From the IMG/VR virus record IMGVR_UViG_3300009506_000016, positions 13,566 to 77,565 of that record: 64,000 nt of DNA, one strand, 5' to 3'. This document shows positions 10,363 to 21,046 of the stretch, in pieces. A program made the translations under genes and the position numbers. Each line of letters starts with the position of its first letter. Positions within the stretch are counted from its first letter, which is position 1. This DNA is from a virus. The notes beneath the pieces are model-generated. The model was not told the DNA's origin. It worked only from the letters and a program-made list of their open reading frames with translations, and made no database searches.

Positions 10363-13197
10363 ATGAAGCAACTTCTTCCTGATCTGGTTAGTGGGTATGA
10401 AATAGCTCCGATAAGCGGATTATTCTCCATTGTTGAGCCAGAAGAAAGCATAAACTTAATACACAACCCAACGCCTCAATATTGGGATACCGGATATGGC
10501 GGGGTAAGTAGCGCTACGGTTACTAGGTCTATTGAACAGCAGAGGCGTTCAGAATTCTCTATGAAAGTAGAATCTGGATCTGCAAGCGGTTCTGGTATAG
10601 ATTATGATGTTACTCTCGATAATGATACACGCTATACATTCAGTGTTGATGTATATGGCTTACCAGGAATTGATTATGCTCTTGAAGTATATTACGGAGC
10701 AACGCTTATTGCAAGAAAGATATTTAGATCAAACCGAAGGTGGCGGAGGCCATATCTTGTTTTTGGTACGACCAGCGCTGGATCTCATTCTTTTCGTGTT
10801 ACTCAAAGCACCGCAAAGGCGCACACCTATTATACCGATGGCTGGCAAGTAGAAGAAAAAAGTCATCCAACCACATTCTTTCATGGTGATATGGAAGGAT
10901 ATGTTGTTGGCGATAGTCCCTATCTGTGGCTTGGCGCAAAGTACGCATCAAGAAGTTATCGATCAGAAACTACGAATTCTGGTGGTCGTGAGCATTTTCT
11001 CCGTGAATTCAATTTTAGGCTCACGGGATATTCTGGACTTGGAATGTCACCGGTTAACACGCTTACAAGTGAACTCGTACAAGGCGGTAGTTTTTATAAT
11101 GGATCAGTAAAAAAGGAAAGACCATTTACTCTTGTAGGTACAATATTTGGATCTTCATCATTTGAGATTGGGAAAAACAGGGCCGGGATAATCAATATTG
11201 TTCGTCCTGATAGAAATAAGTTTGCTCAACCAATTCAAATGCGTTACTATCCAAGAGATGATGAGTCGGATGGTGATGTATACCTTATTAAATGTGTATA
11301 TCAATCTGGACTTGAGGGAAACATAACTAACCCGTATCAAGAACAAGTTGCAATACAATTTTTGCAAACAGATCCAACTATTCAGTTTGATCAGTTTTTT
11401 GTTCAAGAACTTGATCAGTTTGAATTCAGCACAACTTATACTGCCGCTGATCAGCCTGGGATTATAATCAGGAAAGATGCTCAAAGCGAATTAGTGGAAT
11501 GTTTGTATGGTGCTAATGGCGATGTGACTGCAATGACTTGGTTTCCTGATGGAAACCTTTACTTTGGCGGAGATTTTACCACAGCAGAATCTATAACTCT
11601 AAATCATCTCGGTGTTTGGGATGGTGAGAATATTAGTTACTTGGGATCACCCGGTGATGGAATTGGAGGAATATTTAATTGCGTAAATAAGATGATTGCT
11701 GTTCCAAACGGAGAAATATGGATTGCTGGCGGCTTTGAATATGGTGGAACTGGCGCGGCGCAATCAAGCATGGCAAACCTTATGGCTTACAAACCATCTA
11801 CAGGAACATGGAGAGCCATAGGAACTCCAAGTCATTATGTATATGATATGATCTATCTTGATGGAACAATATTCGTTTGTGGTGTCTTTACTACTATTGG
11901 TGGCACTACTGCTTGGAGTGTTGCCAAAACATCCGATTTCGGCAATACATGGGAAGCCATAACTGCCGACATGCTCTCAATTTGTTACTGCATAACTGGA
12001 TACATGGTTAATGGTGAGCCTAGATTATATCTTGGAGATACGAATCATGGCATTTATTATTTTGATGGAACATCGTATACCGAAATACTTACTTGGCACA
12101 TAGGTGGCATCGGAACTCAGGCTCTAACATGGGGAAAATTCATAAAGATACATGATAATGAGCATTATGCAACGGGATGGGTTATTGATGCCACATATTC
12201 ATATCTATACTTTTATCTTTGGAGAATTACTGGAACAAAAGTAGAGCTTGTTGCCAATGTTGATTATTTTGGCATGGATATACCAAGTCTAAAAAACGCT
12301 TTGGCTAAATATACGAATAGTGTTCTTGTTGGAATAAATGATGGAACAGTGATTATAGGATCTGATGGAAAGACACAAAACTTTCCTGGCGGATACTTTA
12401 GTTATAACCATAATCAAATTTTCAGTCCAGGAATTATATCGAGTATTACTGGTGTTTCTGTATTTGCAATAAAAAACGATACTGTTGAAAACTCAGAAAT
12501 AGCTTATGGCTTGTGGAGAGATCCAGAATATGAAAACCGAACATACAGCTATTCTCGAAACGTTATACAAAATGATACAGAATCAGAATATTGGCCCAGG
12601 ATACGAGTTCTTGGCCCAGGATATTTATATTTCTTGATGAGTGCAGTTGCTAATAAGTACGCACGTTTTAGTAAGTTATATTTGGGAGAGGACGAAGAAT
12701 TAATCTGCGATTTCTCTCCGGACGGATACAAGTTTACTTCTAATTATCGCGGTGATGTTTCAAATAAGTTATACGGATCTCGTTCTCCTAATTTCAGCCT
12801 TGATCGCGGAAAAAACATATTCATGTTTGTTTCTGATGGATCTAAAGTTCTGTCTGGTGATATGAACGGAGAATCAGTAACTATACTTGGTGCAAATAAT
12901 GACAATACAGATGATGGGGTTTTGTATGTAACTATTAGTGGCTCGTCTACTGATCTACAATGGGACTTCTATAGCGATTCTGGAAAGACTGATCTTGTTG
13001 GATCGGCTAATCATGTTGGTACTGGTGCTCCTGCCGCTGATGATATTCTTCCGATCCAAGAAGAAAATAACTCTGGATTGCATGGCTGGATATTTCTTGA
13101 TGGTACATATAACACTGGTAACGCTACTATAAAAGCGTTGCGCGGATATATTTCCTGGAAAAGACATTATGGATCTCTTGATGAAGTGGTGGCCTAA
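10363..13197 (+). CDS. Distal tail/tail-tip protein with carbohydrate-binding and beta-propeller regions
   Basis: Follows tape measure; N-terminal CBM-like segment (YTFSVDV...YTDGWQVEE), Dit-like segment, LYFGGDFT/IWIAGGF propeller blades. Confidence 0.65.
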   Translation: MKQLLPDLVSGYEIAPISGLFSIVEPEESINLIHNPTPQYWDTGYGGVSSATVTRSIEQQRRSEFSMKVESGSASGSGIDYDVTLDNDTRYTFSVDVYGLPGIDYALEVYYGATLIARKIFRSNRRWRRPYLVFGTTSAGSHSFRVTQSTAKAHTYYTDGWQVEEKSHPTTFFHGDMEGYVVGDSPYLWLGAKYASRSYRSETTNSGGREHFLREFNFRLTGYSGLGMSPVNTLTSELVQGGSFYNGSVKKERPFTLVGTIFGSSSFEIGKNRAGIINIVRPDRNKFAQPIQMRYYPRDDESDGDVYLIKCVYQSGLEGNITNPYQEQVAIQFLQTDPTIQFDQFFVQELDQFEFSTTYTAADQPGIIIRKDAQSELVECLYGANGDVTAMTWFPDGNLYFGGDFTTAESITLNHLGVWDGENISYLGSPGDGIGGIFNCVNKMIAVPNGEIWIAGGFEYGGTGAAQSSMANLMAYKPSTGTWRAIGTPSHYVYDMIYLDGTIFVCGVFTTIGGTTAWSVAKTSDFGNTWEAITADMLSICYCITGYMVNGEPRLYLGDTNHGIYYFDGTSYTEILTWHIGGIGTQALTWGKFIKIHDNEHYATGWVIDATYSYLYFYLWRITGTKVELVANVDYFGMDIPSLKNALAKYTNSVLVGINDGTVIIGSDGKTQNFPGGYFSYNHNQIFSPGIISSITGVSVFAIKNDTVENSEIAYGLWRDPEYENRTYSYSRNVIQNDTESEYWPRIRVLGPGYLYFLMSAVANKYARFSKLYLGEDEELICDFSPDGYKFTSNYRGDVSNKLYGSRSPNFSLDRGKNIFMFVSDGSKVLSGDMNGESVTILGANNDNTDDGVLYVTISGSSTDLQWDFYSDSGKTDLVGSANHVGTGAPAADDILPIQEENNSGLHGWIFLDGTYNTGNATIKALRGYISWKRHYGSLDEVVA

Positions 13198-14327
13198 TGA
13201 GTACTCGGTTTGCTGAATATACAGTTGAATATTTCAATCGTCTTGGAACTTCTATGGGAACGATTCAGTATTTCCATAAGCTCGAATATGCTAAAAAAGA
13301 AAATGAGATAGGATATCTATATATTGACGTTCCAAACATATATCCGATAAACTTCTTTGAGATAGATGGCTATTTCGTGGTTCACAGAAAAATTGGTGCT
13401 TTACCAGATTACGTTGAACTCAATGCAATGTGGTACATAAGGCTTGTGCGCACAAAATACGATAAGGGAATCAGCCTTGTTCATATTGCATGTAGAGATG
13501 CAGTAGATATTGTAGATCGCCGAATAGTTGCTTATGATTGTGCATCTGATTATTCCAACAAGACTGATCAGGGTGATGCAATGATGAAAGCTATTATGCG
13601 TGAGAACTTTGGGTCACTTGCAACCGACTCTAACCGTGATATATCGGATTTTCTATCAATCGAAGATGACGATACAAATAGCGCATGTCCAGAAATAACA
13701 AAAGAGTTTTGTAGGAGAAAGGTGCTTCCATTACTACAAGATATTGTCGAAGAAGTGAAAGCAAATGATTTTTATATTGCATTCGATGTAGTCTATGGTG
13801 CTACCGGTATTCCTCAATTCAAAACATACACCGGACAACGTGGAGTATACAAAGGGATAACATCAGAAAGCTCGTTTGTGTTTTCTATCGAGCGTGGAAA
13901 CCTTGAATATGCCACTATAGCTTATGATCATCTTGAGGAATATAATTATATCTACGCGGGTGGTAGAGGAAAAGATGATGACAGAGTTATTGCGGTTGCT
14001 TATGATGAAGATTGGATTGCTCTTTCTCCAATAAACCGCAGAGAGGATTGGATCGATGCTGGCGATAAAGAATCATATGAAAATGTGTTATCCGAAGCTA
14101 CCATGCGGTTACAAGAGGCAGGACCAAAGGTATCGGTCAACGGGCATATCATCCAAACCATAGACAGCATATACGGTTACCATTACAATTTTGGAGATGT
14201 ATGTGTATTCATGTTTGAAGGTAAAAGCCTTGATATTCATCTTGATTCCGTTCATGTAACTGTTACAGGAAACGACAATGAAGATATTCAAATATATACA
14301 CGTAACCTTGATGACACGGAGTATTAA
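13197..14327 (+). CDS. Minor tail protein (siphovirus Gp37-like hub)
   Basis: NYIYAGGRG, RREDWIDA, YGYHYNFGD motifs typical of this family; position after the Dit-like gene. Confidence 0.65.
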   Translation: MSTRFAEYTVEYFNRLGTSMGTIQYFHKLEYAKKENEIGYLYIDVPNIYPINFFEIDGYFVVHRKIGALPDYVELNAMWYIRLVRTKYDKGISLVHIACRDAVDIVDRRIVAYDCASDYSNKTDQGDAMMKAIMRENFGSLATDSNRDISDFLSIEDDDTNSACPEITKEFCRRKVLPLLQDIVEEVKANDFYIAFDVVYGATGIPQFKTYTGQRGVYKGITSESSFVFSIERGNLEYATIAYDHLEEYNYIYAGGRGKDDDRVIAVAYDEDWIALSPINRREDWIDAGDKESYENVLSEATMRLQEAGPKVSVNGHIIQTIDSIYGYHYNFGDVCVFMFEGKSLDIHLDSVHVTVTGNDNEDIQIYTRNLDDTEY

Positions 14328-15112
14328 TGGACGCGCAGACAGCTAGAAAAATACATGAACTTGAAAGAAAGATAGAAAGATTATCGGCTATAGAGCATGG
14401 AAGCTCTATCGGCGATGTATATGGAGCGTTCCGGGCATTGCCTTATGTAAGAGCATACTGGCCGATGAGTGATTATTATTTAAACCTTAAAGATCATAGT
14501 GTTCACGGAAATAATCTTACTGGTGTTTCACCAAGTCCTATAAGATATACATCAAACGGTTTATTTACTTATACAACTTATGATGGCGTTTCACAATATT
14601 TTTATATGTTGGACAGCGGAGCTATTGAACCTGGAGCTTATGGAACATTTGGTGGATGGTTTTATCCTCAAGATTTTAGTTACACACAAGGTCTGTTTGC
14701 AAAATGGAATTCATCAACCGCTAATGATAGGTCGTGGATGATATGGAATGCGTCAACATCTAATGTTCTTGAATTCACTGTATCAGGTGATGGAATAAAC
14801 AGAGTTTGGACTGATTTATCAAACATACCATTAAACCAATGGATATTTATTGTTGCAAGAATGCACTCTAGTGTAAGTATAAAACTAAATTTATTCTCAA
14901 AATACGACACTAGAGAAAGCTCTAACACAACGAGTATTCCGGCAACACTGTATAATGGCAATGCAGAATTAAGAGTTGGTCACGCATCAAGCACATCAAC
15001 TACAACTCCTTACAAGGGATATATTTCTAATTTATTCTTTTGCACGTCAGAAATGACTGATAGGATTATAGAAAATCTATTCAGCATCAGTAGAGTATTT
15101 TATGGCGTATAG
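14327..15112 (+). CDS. LamG/ConA-like domain tail protein (candidate receptor binding)
   Basis: AYWPM, TFGGWF, NQWIFIV, LRVG...YKGYISN LamG pattern. Confidence 0.7.
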   Translation: MDAQTARKIHELERKIERLSAIEHGSSIGDVYGAFRALPYVRAYWPMSDYYLNLKDHSVHGNNLTGVSPSPIRYTSNGLFTYTTYDGVSQYFYMLDSGAIEPGAYGTFGGWFYPQDFSYTQGLFAKWNSSTANDRSWMIWNASTSNVLEFTVSGDGINRVWTDLSNIPLNQWIFIVARMHSSVSIKLNLFSKYDTRESSNTTSIPATLYNGNAELRVGHASSTSTTTPYKGYISNLFFCTSEMTDRIIENLFSISRVFYGV

Positions 15113-15160
15113 GTGTTATAATACTGTTAGACAACAGTGAGAAATAAGAAAGGCAATTTC

Positions 15161-15685
15161 ATGCTAGACGATAAAATCGTAGTCAACATTCAAACACTTA
15201 TTGCTATAGCTGTGCCACTTTTAACTTTGTTAGGTGCTGGCATTACTAAATTATTTGATTATAGGAATCAACTAGCAACAATAAAGCTAGAGAATAGGAA
15301 AACAGATCTTGATGATGAACGAGTAGACATTGAACGCATGAATAGTGATGCAAGTGCCGCCGCAAATCTCGCAGATGTATTATCAACAGTTGTTCAGCCG
15401 CTTGCAAACCGAATATCTATGCTTGAGGATGAGGCAATCGCACGACAGAAGATGATCATTGAATTATCTGATACTGTCTATGAACTCAAGAAAACAATTC
15501 GTGATAAAGACGAAGAACTTGATAAATTGAGGAAAGAATACGATGTGCAGGTTGCAATATCAGCAGAGCAAGAAGTAAGAATTTGTGAGCAAAATGATAA
15601 AATTTCCGCTCAGGAACTCCGCATTATTGAGTTGGAAATGAAGATAAAGGAAATGAAAAAAGCGGAAGAATGTAAGGAAGATTAG
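15161..15685 (+). CDS. Membrane-anchored coiled-coil protein (lysis-module associated)
   Basis: N-terminal TM helix followed by long coiled coil. Confidence 0.55.
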   Translation: MLDDKIVVNIQTLIAIAVPLLTLLGAGITKLFDYRNQLATIKLENRKTDLDDERVDIERMNSDASAAANLADVLSTVVQPLANRISMLEDEAIARQKMIIELSDTVYELKKTIRDKDEELDKLRKEYDVQVAISAEQEVRICEQNDKISAQELRIIELEMKIKEMKKAEECKED

Positions 15686-15686
15686 A

Positions 15687-16013
15687 ATGGAAAACTTAGC
15701 AAACACTTACCAATCACTCAGTAGTATTCTTGTATGGCTAACCGGTACTGGCGGTGGAGCTTGGCTTATTGTGGCATGGCTTGTTTCTTGGATTGCCGAA
15801 GATATTCCGGCATGGGCGAAACTGAATTCAAAACTGAAAACCGTTATTATGCTCGTGGTAGCTGGCGCTATTGGAGCGGGTGGACAGGCGCTATTGTTTC
15901 GTCCAGAGGTTGTTGCGGCGATTGATCCTTACGTCCGTCCATTCATGTACAGTGCTATGATTTGGCTTACCAATCAGCTTGCTCACGGAAAGAACCCACT
16001 GCGAAAAGAATAG
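15687..16013 (+). CDS. Holin-like membrane protein
   Basis: 108 aa, 2-3 TM segments, basic C-terminus, last gene of the late operon. Confidence 0.5.
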   Translation: MENLANTYQSLSSILVWLTGTGGGAWLIVAWLVSWIAEDIPAWAKLNSKLKTVIMLVVAGAIGAGGQALLFRPEVVAAIDPYVRPFMYSAMIWLTNQLAHGKNPLRKE

Positions 16014-16027
16014 AATTTGGGGGAATC

Positions 16028-16063
16028 AAAAAGGCCGGGCTTATGACCCGGCCTTTTATTTTT
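16028..16063. terminator. Bidirectional intrinsic terminator between convergent arms
   Basis: AAAAAGGCCGGG-loop-CCCGGCCTTTTATTTTT. Confidence 0.85.
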
Positions 16064-16282
16064 CTACACGTTCCTCACGGCGCTGTAGAAATTATATTCG
16101 GATGAATTAGTAAGATATGGTCTAGCACACATATCCAAATAATCATGTGTTGATGCTCCGTATGGTACTGATATATTAACAGTTACCAGACTCCCTGTTT
16201 TCTTATGCTGATAAGTAATTGTCCAGGGAAGATTAGGGATTTCAACATCGTTAAGATTAATTTTTTTATTCTTGTTACCCAT
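16064..16282 (-). CDS. Hypothetical protein
   Basis: ORF with GGAG RBS, overlapping the prim-pol stop. Confidence 0.55.
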   Translation of the reverse strand: MGNKNKKINLNDVEIPNLPWTITYQHKKTGSLVTVNISVPYGASTHDYLDMCARPYLTNSSEYNFYSAVRNV

Positions 16283-17147
16283 ATATAAACTCCAATTCTC
16301 GAATAGCGTTTCCAATAGTTGTGTTATTCATAATACTGTATAGATCAATAATATCAAGACCAATGGGATGATACAGTTGACATCTTGAACTTAAACATCT
16401 TGCTCTGTTGGTCACGGTATCAATCGTGAAACTTGGATGCCTGTCTTTATGATTTGGATGAATACATCGTGACATCCAGTATCTTCCATCGGCTGATGTT
16501 CGGCGCGTGAAAGCAAACTGAGATACAAAGTTTAGAATCGAAATACGGCTCTTGAGTTCTGTTATGGACACCTGAGCGCCAATATCAAATAGGTCTTTTG
16601 TATGTAATCCATCACCGTGATAATTCTCAGGCGCATATTCGGGAAACACATTTCCAAGTGTTTCAATCTCCATAAGGTCATCAGGAGATCCGATTGCTTC
16701 ATATTTCATTCCGGTAGGATGAATAGATGGCGGTGCAAGTGTATAATTGCCACTACAACGTACATCGATACTTGTATCCGGGTATTTCCTTGAGTTTTCC
16801 TTTCGTGATGTTTTTAGATACAGGTGCATTCCTCTTGGCGTTCTAACACGATATGTTTTTGCCGCAATTACTTTCCACTGGTCGTCACGCCTGATCATAT
16901 CTTTGCGCCAATCGTGATAACTGTTAATGTCATCAAAATCGAGTATAGCTAAATTTTGAGGACCGCCACAAACAACGGCTAAATTCCTATCGTCTTGACT
17001 GAACCAATAATCAACAACCTTTCTTGGCGGTATCCTGTTTTGCCACATCTTCCAATCGATAGCGGGTCTTTTTGACAAGTGCATTATCGGAATCGGAGCG
17101 ATTCCTTTACTCATCCACAACAGAGCGGTTTGTTGAAGATCGTTCAT
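16275..17147 (-). CDS. Bifunctional primase-polymerase (Prim-Pol) domain plus CHC2-type zinc finger
   Basis: KRPAIDW, NLAVVCG, ILDFD, RTPRGMHLY, DVR..GNY.LAPPSIHPTG; C-terminal CIHPNH.D.HPSF...C....C. Confidence 0.85.
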   Translation of the reverse strand: MNDLQQTALLWMSKGIAPIPIMHLSKRPAIDWKMWQNRIPPRKVVDYWFSQDDRNLAVVCGGPQNLAILDFDDINSYHDWRKDMIRRDDQWKVIAAKTYRVRTPRGMHLYLKTSRKENSRKYPDTSIDVRCSGNYTLAPPSIHPTGMKYEAIGSPDDLMEIETLGNVFPEYAPENYHGDGLHTKDLFDIGAQVSITELKSRISILNFVSQFAFTRRTSADGRYWMSRCIHPNHKDRHPSFTIDTVTNRARCLSSRCQLYHPIGLDIIDLYSIMNNTTIGNAIRELEFIYG

Positions 17148-17158
17148 ATTACAATTCC

Positions 17159-17320
17159 TTATGTATATAATTTTATGTCCATTATGGAATGAATTCGTCT
17201 TTTATGATCACTGAAACGCTCGCTATCTGCTCGCAAACGGCCATAGCCATTCATCTTCCAGGGTTTGCACATTAGGCATCCAGCCCGAGCGCTCTTTGGT
17301 TTCTTGCGTTTGTGATTCAT
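17159..17320 (-). CDS. Small basic protein, 53 aa (MNHKRKKPKSARAGCLMCKPWK...)
   Basis: Below ORF-track cutoff; ATGA-coupled to the upstream small ORF; CxxC. Confidence 0.6.
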   Translation of the reverse strand: MNHKRKKPKSARAGCLMCKPWKMNGYGRLRADSERFSDHKRRIHSIMDIKLYT

Positions 17321-17496
17321 TTCCAATAATCCACTATTATAAAACCATGCTTTTCCTGTTCAAGATTAGGGCAATAGTATTGATGAAATGACAAATGTAC
17401 AATGTGACCATCCTGAAATGCCCAACAAATAAGAAACGGCCCTATCCATATCGACTTGAAAAATCCAACAAGATCAATGCTAATAAACTTTACCAT
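17317..17496 (-). CDS. Small hypothetical protein, 59 aa
   Basis: Start/stop overlaps with both neighbours. Confidence 0.45.
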   Translation of the reverse strand: MVKFISIDLVGFFKSIWIGPFLICWAFQDGHIVHLSFHQYYCPNLEQEKHGFIIVDYWK

Positions 17497-17654
17497 GTTT
17501 TATAATTGACCTCACTCATTGCCGCAGGAAGGCCGCGTTGATGACGTTCATCTTTCCAATATCGTCTGCGCAACTTTGATAATTTTCGTTTCCAATACTT
17601 GCCGGTGTGTCTACCGGGCCACCTTAGATAGTACCTTGGATCTTTGACGCGCAT
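17490..17654 (-). CDS. Small basic protein, 54 aa (MRVKDPRYYLRW...)
   Basis: GAGG RBS; Arg/Lys/Trp-rich. Confidence 0.5.
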   Translation of the reverse strand: MRVKDPRYYLRWPGRHTGKYWKRKLSKLRRRYWKDERHQRGLPAAMSEVNYKTW

Positions 17655-18018
17655 GTTTTTCCTCATTCGTAAGATAATGATACATACGTTTCACATGTTG
17701 CAATGCTGTGGAATCCTTAAGGAAATCTCCATCAGTAAGCATATTTTTGGTAACTCTTATGACATACCATCCTAGAAAGGCCGCATGGTTATATTTGATA
17801 CAATCACGCTCAAAACCATCACCTTTTGTATGCCTACCACCCCACAGGCCACCCTCAACTTCGATAGCCATCTTGATATCCGGGTATGCAAAGTCGAACC
17901 TCCAAAATCGTTCCTTACTAAATCTGTACTCTCGAACAGGTGATGGAAGATCAGAAGTCCTTATTTGTTCTTCCATCATCCGTTCGAGATAACTAACTGT
18001 TTGTTTTGTCCGCGTCAC
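17611..18018 (-). CDS. PD-(D/E)XK endonuclease (DUF559/Vsr-like)
   Basis: EYRF...WRFDFAYPD.KMAIEVEGG...H.....D..KYN.A...GW. Confidence 0.8.
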   Translation of the reverse strand: MTRTKQTVSYLERMMEEQIRTSDLPSPVREYRFSKERFWRFDFAYPDIKMAIEVEGGLWGGRHTKGDGFERDCIKYNHAAFLGWYVIRVTKNMLTDGDFLKDSTALQHVKRMYHYLTNEEKHARQRSKVLSKVAR

Positions 18019-18242
18019 TATATTGCTTGAAGAACCACGTCACGAATAATATCTGAAACATTATTCATATCTATTGCCTCGCCGCATACTTCGCATGTTG
18101 ATCGAATGATAAGTCTGCCATCATTTTTTCCATTGTCGTCTGCATACAGGTCGTCAATTGTTAGCACAAGATCCGACTGACACGATGGGCATCTTTTATT
18201 GCGTTTCCATGTCCGCCAATCTCGAATTTTTGTTTTTGACAT
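18018..18242 (-). CDS. Zinc-ribbon protein
   Basis: CPSC...CEVC. Confidence 0.6.
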   Translation of the reverse strand: MSKTKIRDWRTWKRNKRCPSCQSDLVLTIDDLYADDNGKNDGRLIIRSTCEVCGEAIDMNNVSDIIRDVVLQAI

Positions 18243-18279
18243 GTTCCTTTTCCCTTCGATAGATTTGACTCATCTATTA

Positions 18280-18543
18280 TTATACATCAGAATCAAAATC
18301 AATTTCTGTATCGAGAACCAATGACTTTATATCTCCTTGAGTGAGATATGTACGACAAAACTTACAATGATATGAGTATCCCTTGCGTGACGTGCTTCTT
18401 ACTTTGTGCTTACATTTTGGGCATATAGGATATGTTTCCCAATATGGCAAGCATCCCCAACAATGATCGATATTACCGGCAACCTTTGGATCGTGAGCTT
18501 CGCCAGTACACTTAACCCATATAACAGATAGTTTTGTATCCAT
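18280..18543 (-). CDS. Cys-rich hypothetical protein
   Basis: HCWGC, CPKC, CKFC. Confidence 0.55.
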   Translation of the reverse strand: MDTKLSVIWVKCTGEAHDPKVAGNIDHCWGCLPYWETYPICPKCKHKVRSTSRKGYSYHCKFCRTYLTQGDIKSLVLDTEIDFDSDV

Positions 18544-18544
18544 G

Positions 18545-19141
18545 TTAATTCCAATCAAACCAAGTTAGAACTGTCTCGTGATCACGATCTTGCATATCCC
18601 AAATGAACACTGCGAAAGCATAATCGTTTGTTTTTCCGGTATTGTTGAATGATGGTCGTCCGGCAAGAACACTCACCTCGGTTGGTGGGAATTCTTGCCA
18701 TAGCCCACGACAGCGCTTTTTGCTTTCAAGGAATGCCAACTTGAGAAGAAATACGATCCGTCCATTATCACTAAGTAGCTCACGAGATTTTCTAATAAAC
18801 ATTTCAGCATGAGAATAGGGCGGATTTCCAATAATGAGATCATATAGAAAATACGAATTGAATATTGAGAAATCTTTGTTATAGAAAGAGCTATAAGGAT
18901 TGATCCCATTCATCCATTCTCGTTTTTCAAGATCAACACCATGAATTACTGTCTTTTCGCTATGGGGATAGCCATCACGAATAGCATGACCGAATACTCC
19001 ATACCCACATCCAGGATCAAGAGCATAGGTTGGTCTTATACCAGCTTTCTCAATAACCATTTCATACGCGAGTTCGTAGGGCGTTGGGTAGAAATCATTC
19101 TTTGGTCTTTCACTCGTTTGTTTCTTTGTTATGATTACCAT
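18545..19141 (-). CDS. DNA amino-methyltransferase (N6-adenine type)
   Basis: DFYPTP, LDPGCGYG SAM-binding motif, IIGNPPY catalytic motif. Confidence 0.85.
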   Translation of the reverse strand: MVIITKKQTSERPKNDFYPTPYELAYEMVIEKAGIRPTYALDPGCGYGVFGHAIRDGYPHSEKTVIHGVDLEKREWMNGINPYSSFYNKDFSIFNSYFLYDLIIGNPPYSHAEMFIRKSRELLSDNGRIVFLLKLAFLESKKRCRGLWQEFPPTEVSVLAGRPSFNNTGKTNDYAFAVFIWDMQDRDHETVLTWFDWN

Positions 19142-19340
19142 TCAGTTTCCATTCTTTAGCATACCAAGTGAAAAATTCATCACGTTCCTCTTTGGTCCCT
19201 TCTGGATTGCTACTTCCACAGTAGCCGCAACAATATCCTTGAAGGTGCGGATAGCCGCAATGAACACATGGAAGAATATGCGGGGCATACGCTCTAGCTA
19301 GATCATCAGCTTTATCTTCCCAATCATCAGTATATGGCAT
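19110..19340 (-). CDS. Small Cys-rich protein
   Basis: CVHCG...CCGYCG; start reassigned to MPYTDD. Confidence 0.55.
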   Translation of the reverse strand: MPYTDDWEDKADDLARAYAPHILPCVHCGYPHLQGYCCGYCGSSNPEGTKEERDEFFTWYAKEWKLNGNHNKETNE

Positions 19341-19347
19341 TACTCGA

Positions 19348-20985
19348 TCAATCACGTATGGCCTCCTTGAACCAATTAGGATATGATGCTTTTGCTTGTT
19401 GAGTAAGTGCGCTACCATCGGCAATAGCGGCAACATTGAGCATGTATTCACCATTATCGTCTTGCTCTCCGCGTGTGACACGTCCGGTAGCCTGAACAAC
19501 ACTCGCATACGCATTCCAAAACGCATATCGCTTTCCAGTTGGCGTACTCATTCTTAGTTGGTCAAAACGGTCACCCGGATTAGAAAATGGCACGCCAGCC
19601 ACGATTGACATACGAGCGGTATCATATTCCAATGACAAGCCGCTACCCCATCCCTGAATTGTTCCTACAACGATTTTACCGGGATCTGTATTAGATGTAA
19701 AGGCATGTATTTGATCCTTTAGTCCAGCGTCCGGTGGCGGTATCATCACGCGGCCCGGTAATGATTGAGAAAGGAATGTACGCAACAATCCAATTTTATA
19801 ATTGGAGCTTGTCAATACAATTCCACGCCATTCATTAGGCATCTTAGAAATAAATCGAGCTATTGCATTCGCTTGAGCCTTGTATAATGCTGGCCTACCA
19901 TCCAGGTTCGCCTTTGTCATTTTATCAACATGCAAGTTATATACTGGACGCTTGTTTCTCGGAGTTGGGTGTGGATACTCTCGATAAACAAAATTCTGAA
20001 ATCCCAACTCGTTCATAAGTGGACGCGGGTTTCCGATTGTTGCGCTCATCATAAGACGAAGGCTAAAATTATCGGTCATCCTGGACACAAGGTTTTTGAC
20101 ATCAAGAGATCTGATCTGCATTTTTGCGCCACGCGGTACGGATCTTGTTGCAAATCTCCAATCGTCATTTTGCCTTTCTGTACATTTGTAAAAGATGGGT
20201 TGATCAGAAACAACCATCTCAAGCGCAACGGATAGATGAGTAAACATACGCTTATTTCGTGCGCCTTCCTGTGTCATCTCGGAAAACAGATCAACTACGC
20301 TTATCTTCTGCATAGACTTAACGATCCAATTTGCTACAGTGGATTTATCTTTTGAACTTAGCAAGTCTCCTTCACCGTGATATCCGTGTTCTAGTAATGG
20401 AAAATTGCCAAACTTATAATCGGCTCGTGTTCTATCATCCATTTCGAACTTAGCAAACTCGATAAGCTCTTCATAGCTGTCATGCACTTCATCCATAACA
20501 ATCACGCCATCTCGATTGTTTACGGCCTCTGATAAAGCCGCGTACTTATAAGTACATGCCATTCTATTTGATGCAAGCGCAGTCTCGCGTGCAATTACAT
20601 ACGGACAACGGCCAGCGAAAGGACAATCATACATACGTTGAAAGTGACAATCGGCGGCTGTAGGAGTGATACCATATACATCCATCCAGTGAGTTACTTT
20701 AGATGGTAACACACAAGCATATTCGGGCTTTCCCTTTACGATATCGAACCCATATATGGATTTGTATTGCTCAAGCAATCCGTGATTATGCACTAATACG
20801 GTGACACTTGTATCGTGTCCTAAAGCAGTTGCAATTGCAGACTTGCCAATTCCTGTTGGTGCTTCAACGACAAACGTACCATGATTATTTTTATCTAATA
20901 TCTCTTTTGACTTTTTGTAAGCATCTAATTGTTCGGGTCGCCAAGCATCATGAGGAACTCCAACACTTCTTGGGTCTTGGCTCAT
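19348..20985 (-). CDS. SF2 helicase, DinG/XPD-like
   Basis: WRPEQ Q-motif, EAPTGIGKS, DEVH, MSAT, QATGRVTR; Cys cluster compatible with Fe-S. Confidence 0.85.
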   Translation of the reverse strand: MSQDPRSVGVPHDAWRPEQLDAYKKSKEILDKNNHGTFVVEAPTGIGKSAIATALGHDTSVTVLVHNHGLLEQYKSIYGFDIVKGKPEYACVLPSKVTHWMDVYGITPTAADCHFQRMYDCPFAGRCPYVIARETALASNRMACTYKYAALSEAVNNRDGVIVMDEVHDSYEELIEFAKFEMDDRTRADYKFGNFPLLEHGYHGEGDLLSSKDKSTVANWIVKSMQKISVVDLFSEMTQEGARNKRMFTHLSVALEMVVSDQPIFYKCTERQNDDWRFATRSVPRGAKMQIRSLDVKNLVSRMTDNFSLRLMMSATIGNPRPLMNELGFQNFVYREYPHPTPRNKRPVYNLHVDKMTKANLDGRPALYKAQANAIARFISKMPNEWRGIVLTSSNYKIGLLRTFLSQSLPGRVMIPPPDAGLKDQIHAFTSNTDPGKIVVGTIQGWGSGLSLEYDTARMSIVAGVPFSNPGDRFDQLRMSTPTGKRYAFWNAYASVVQATGRVTRGEQDDNGEYMLNVAAIADGSALTQQAKASYPNWFKEAIRD

Positions 20986-21046
20986 GACTCTTCCTTAGTG
21001 ATGAATTCAGGTCACCCGAAAGTGACCTGTTTTGTTTTGCTATTTA

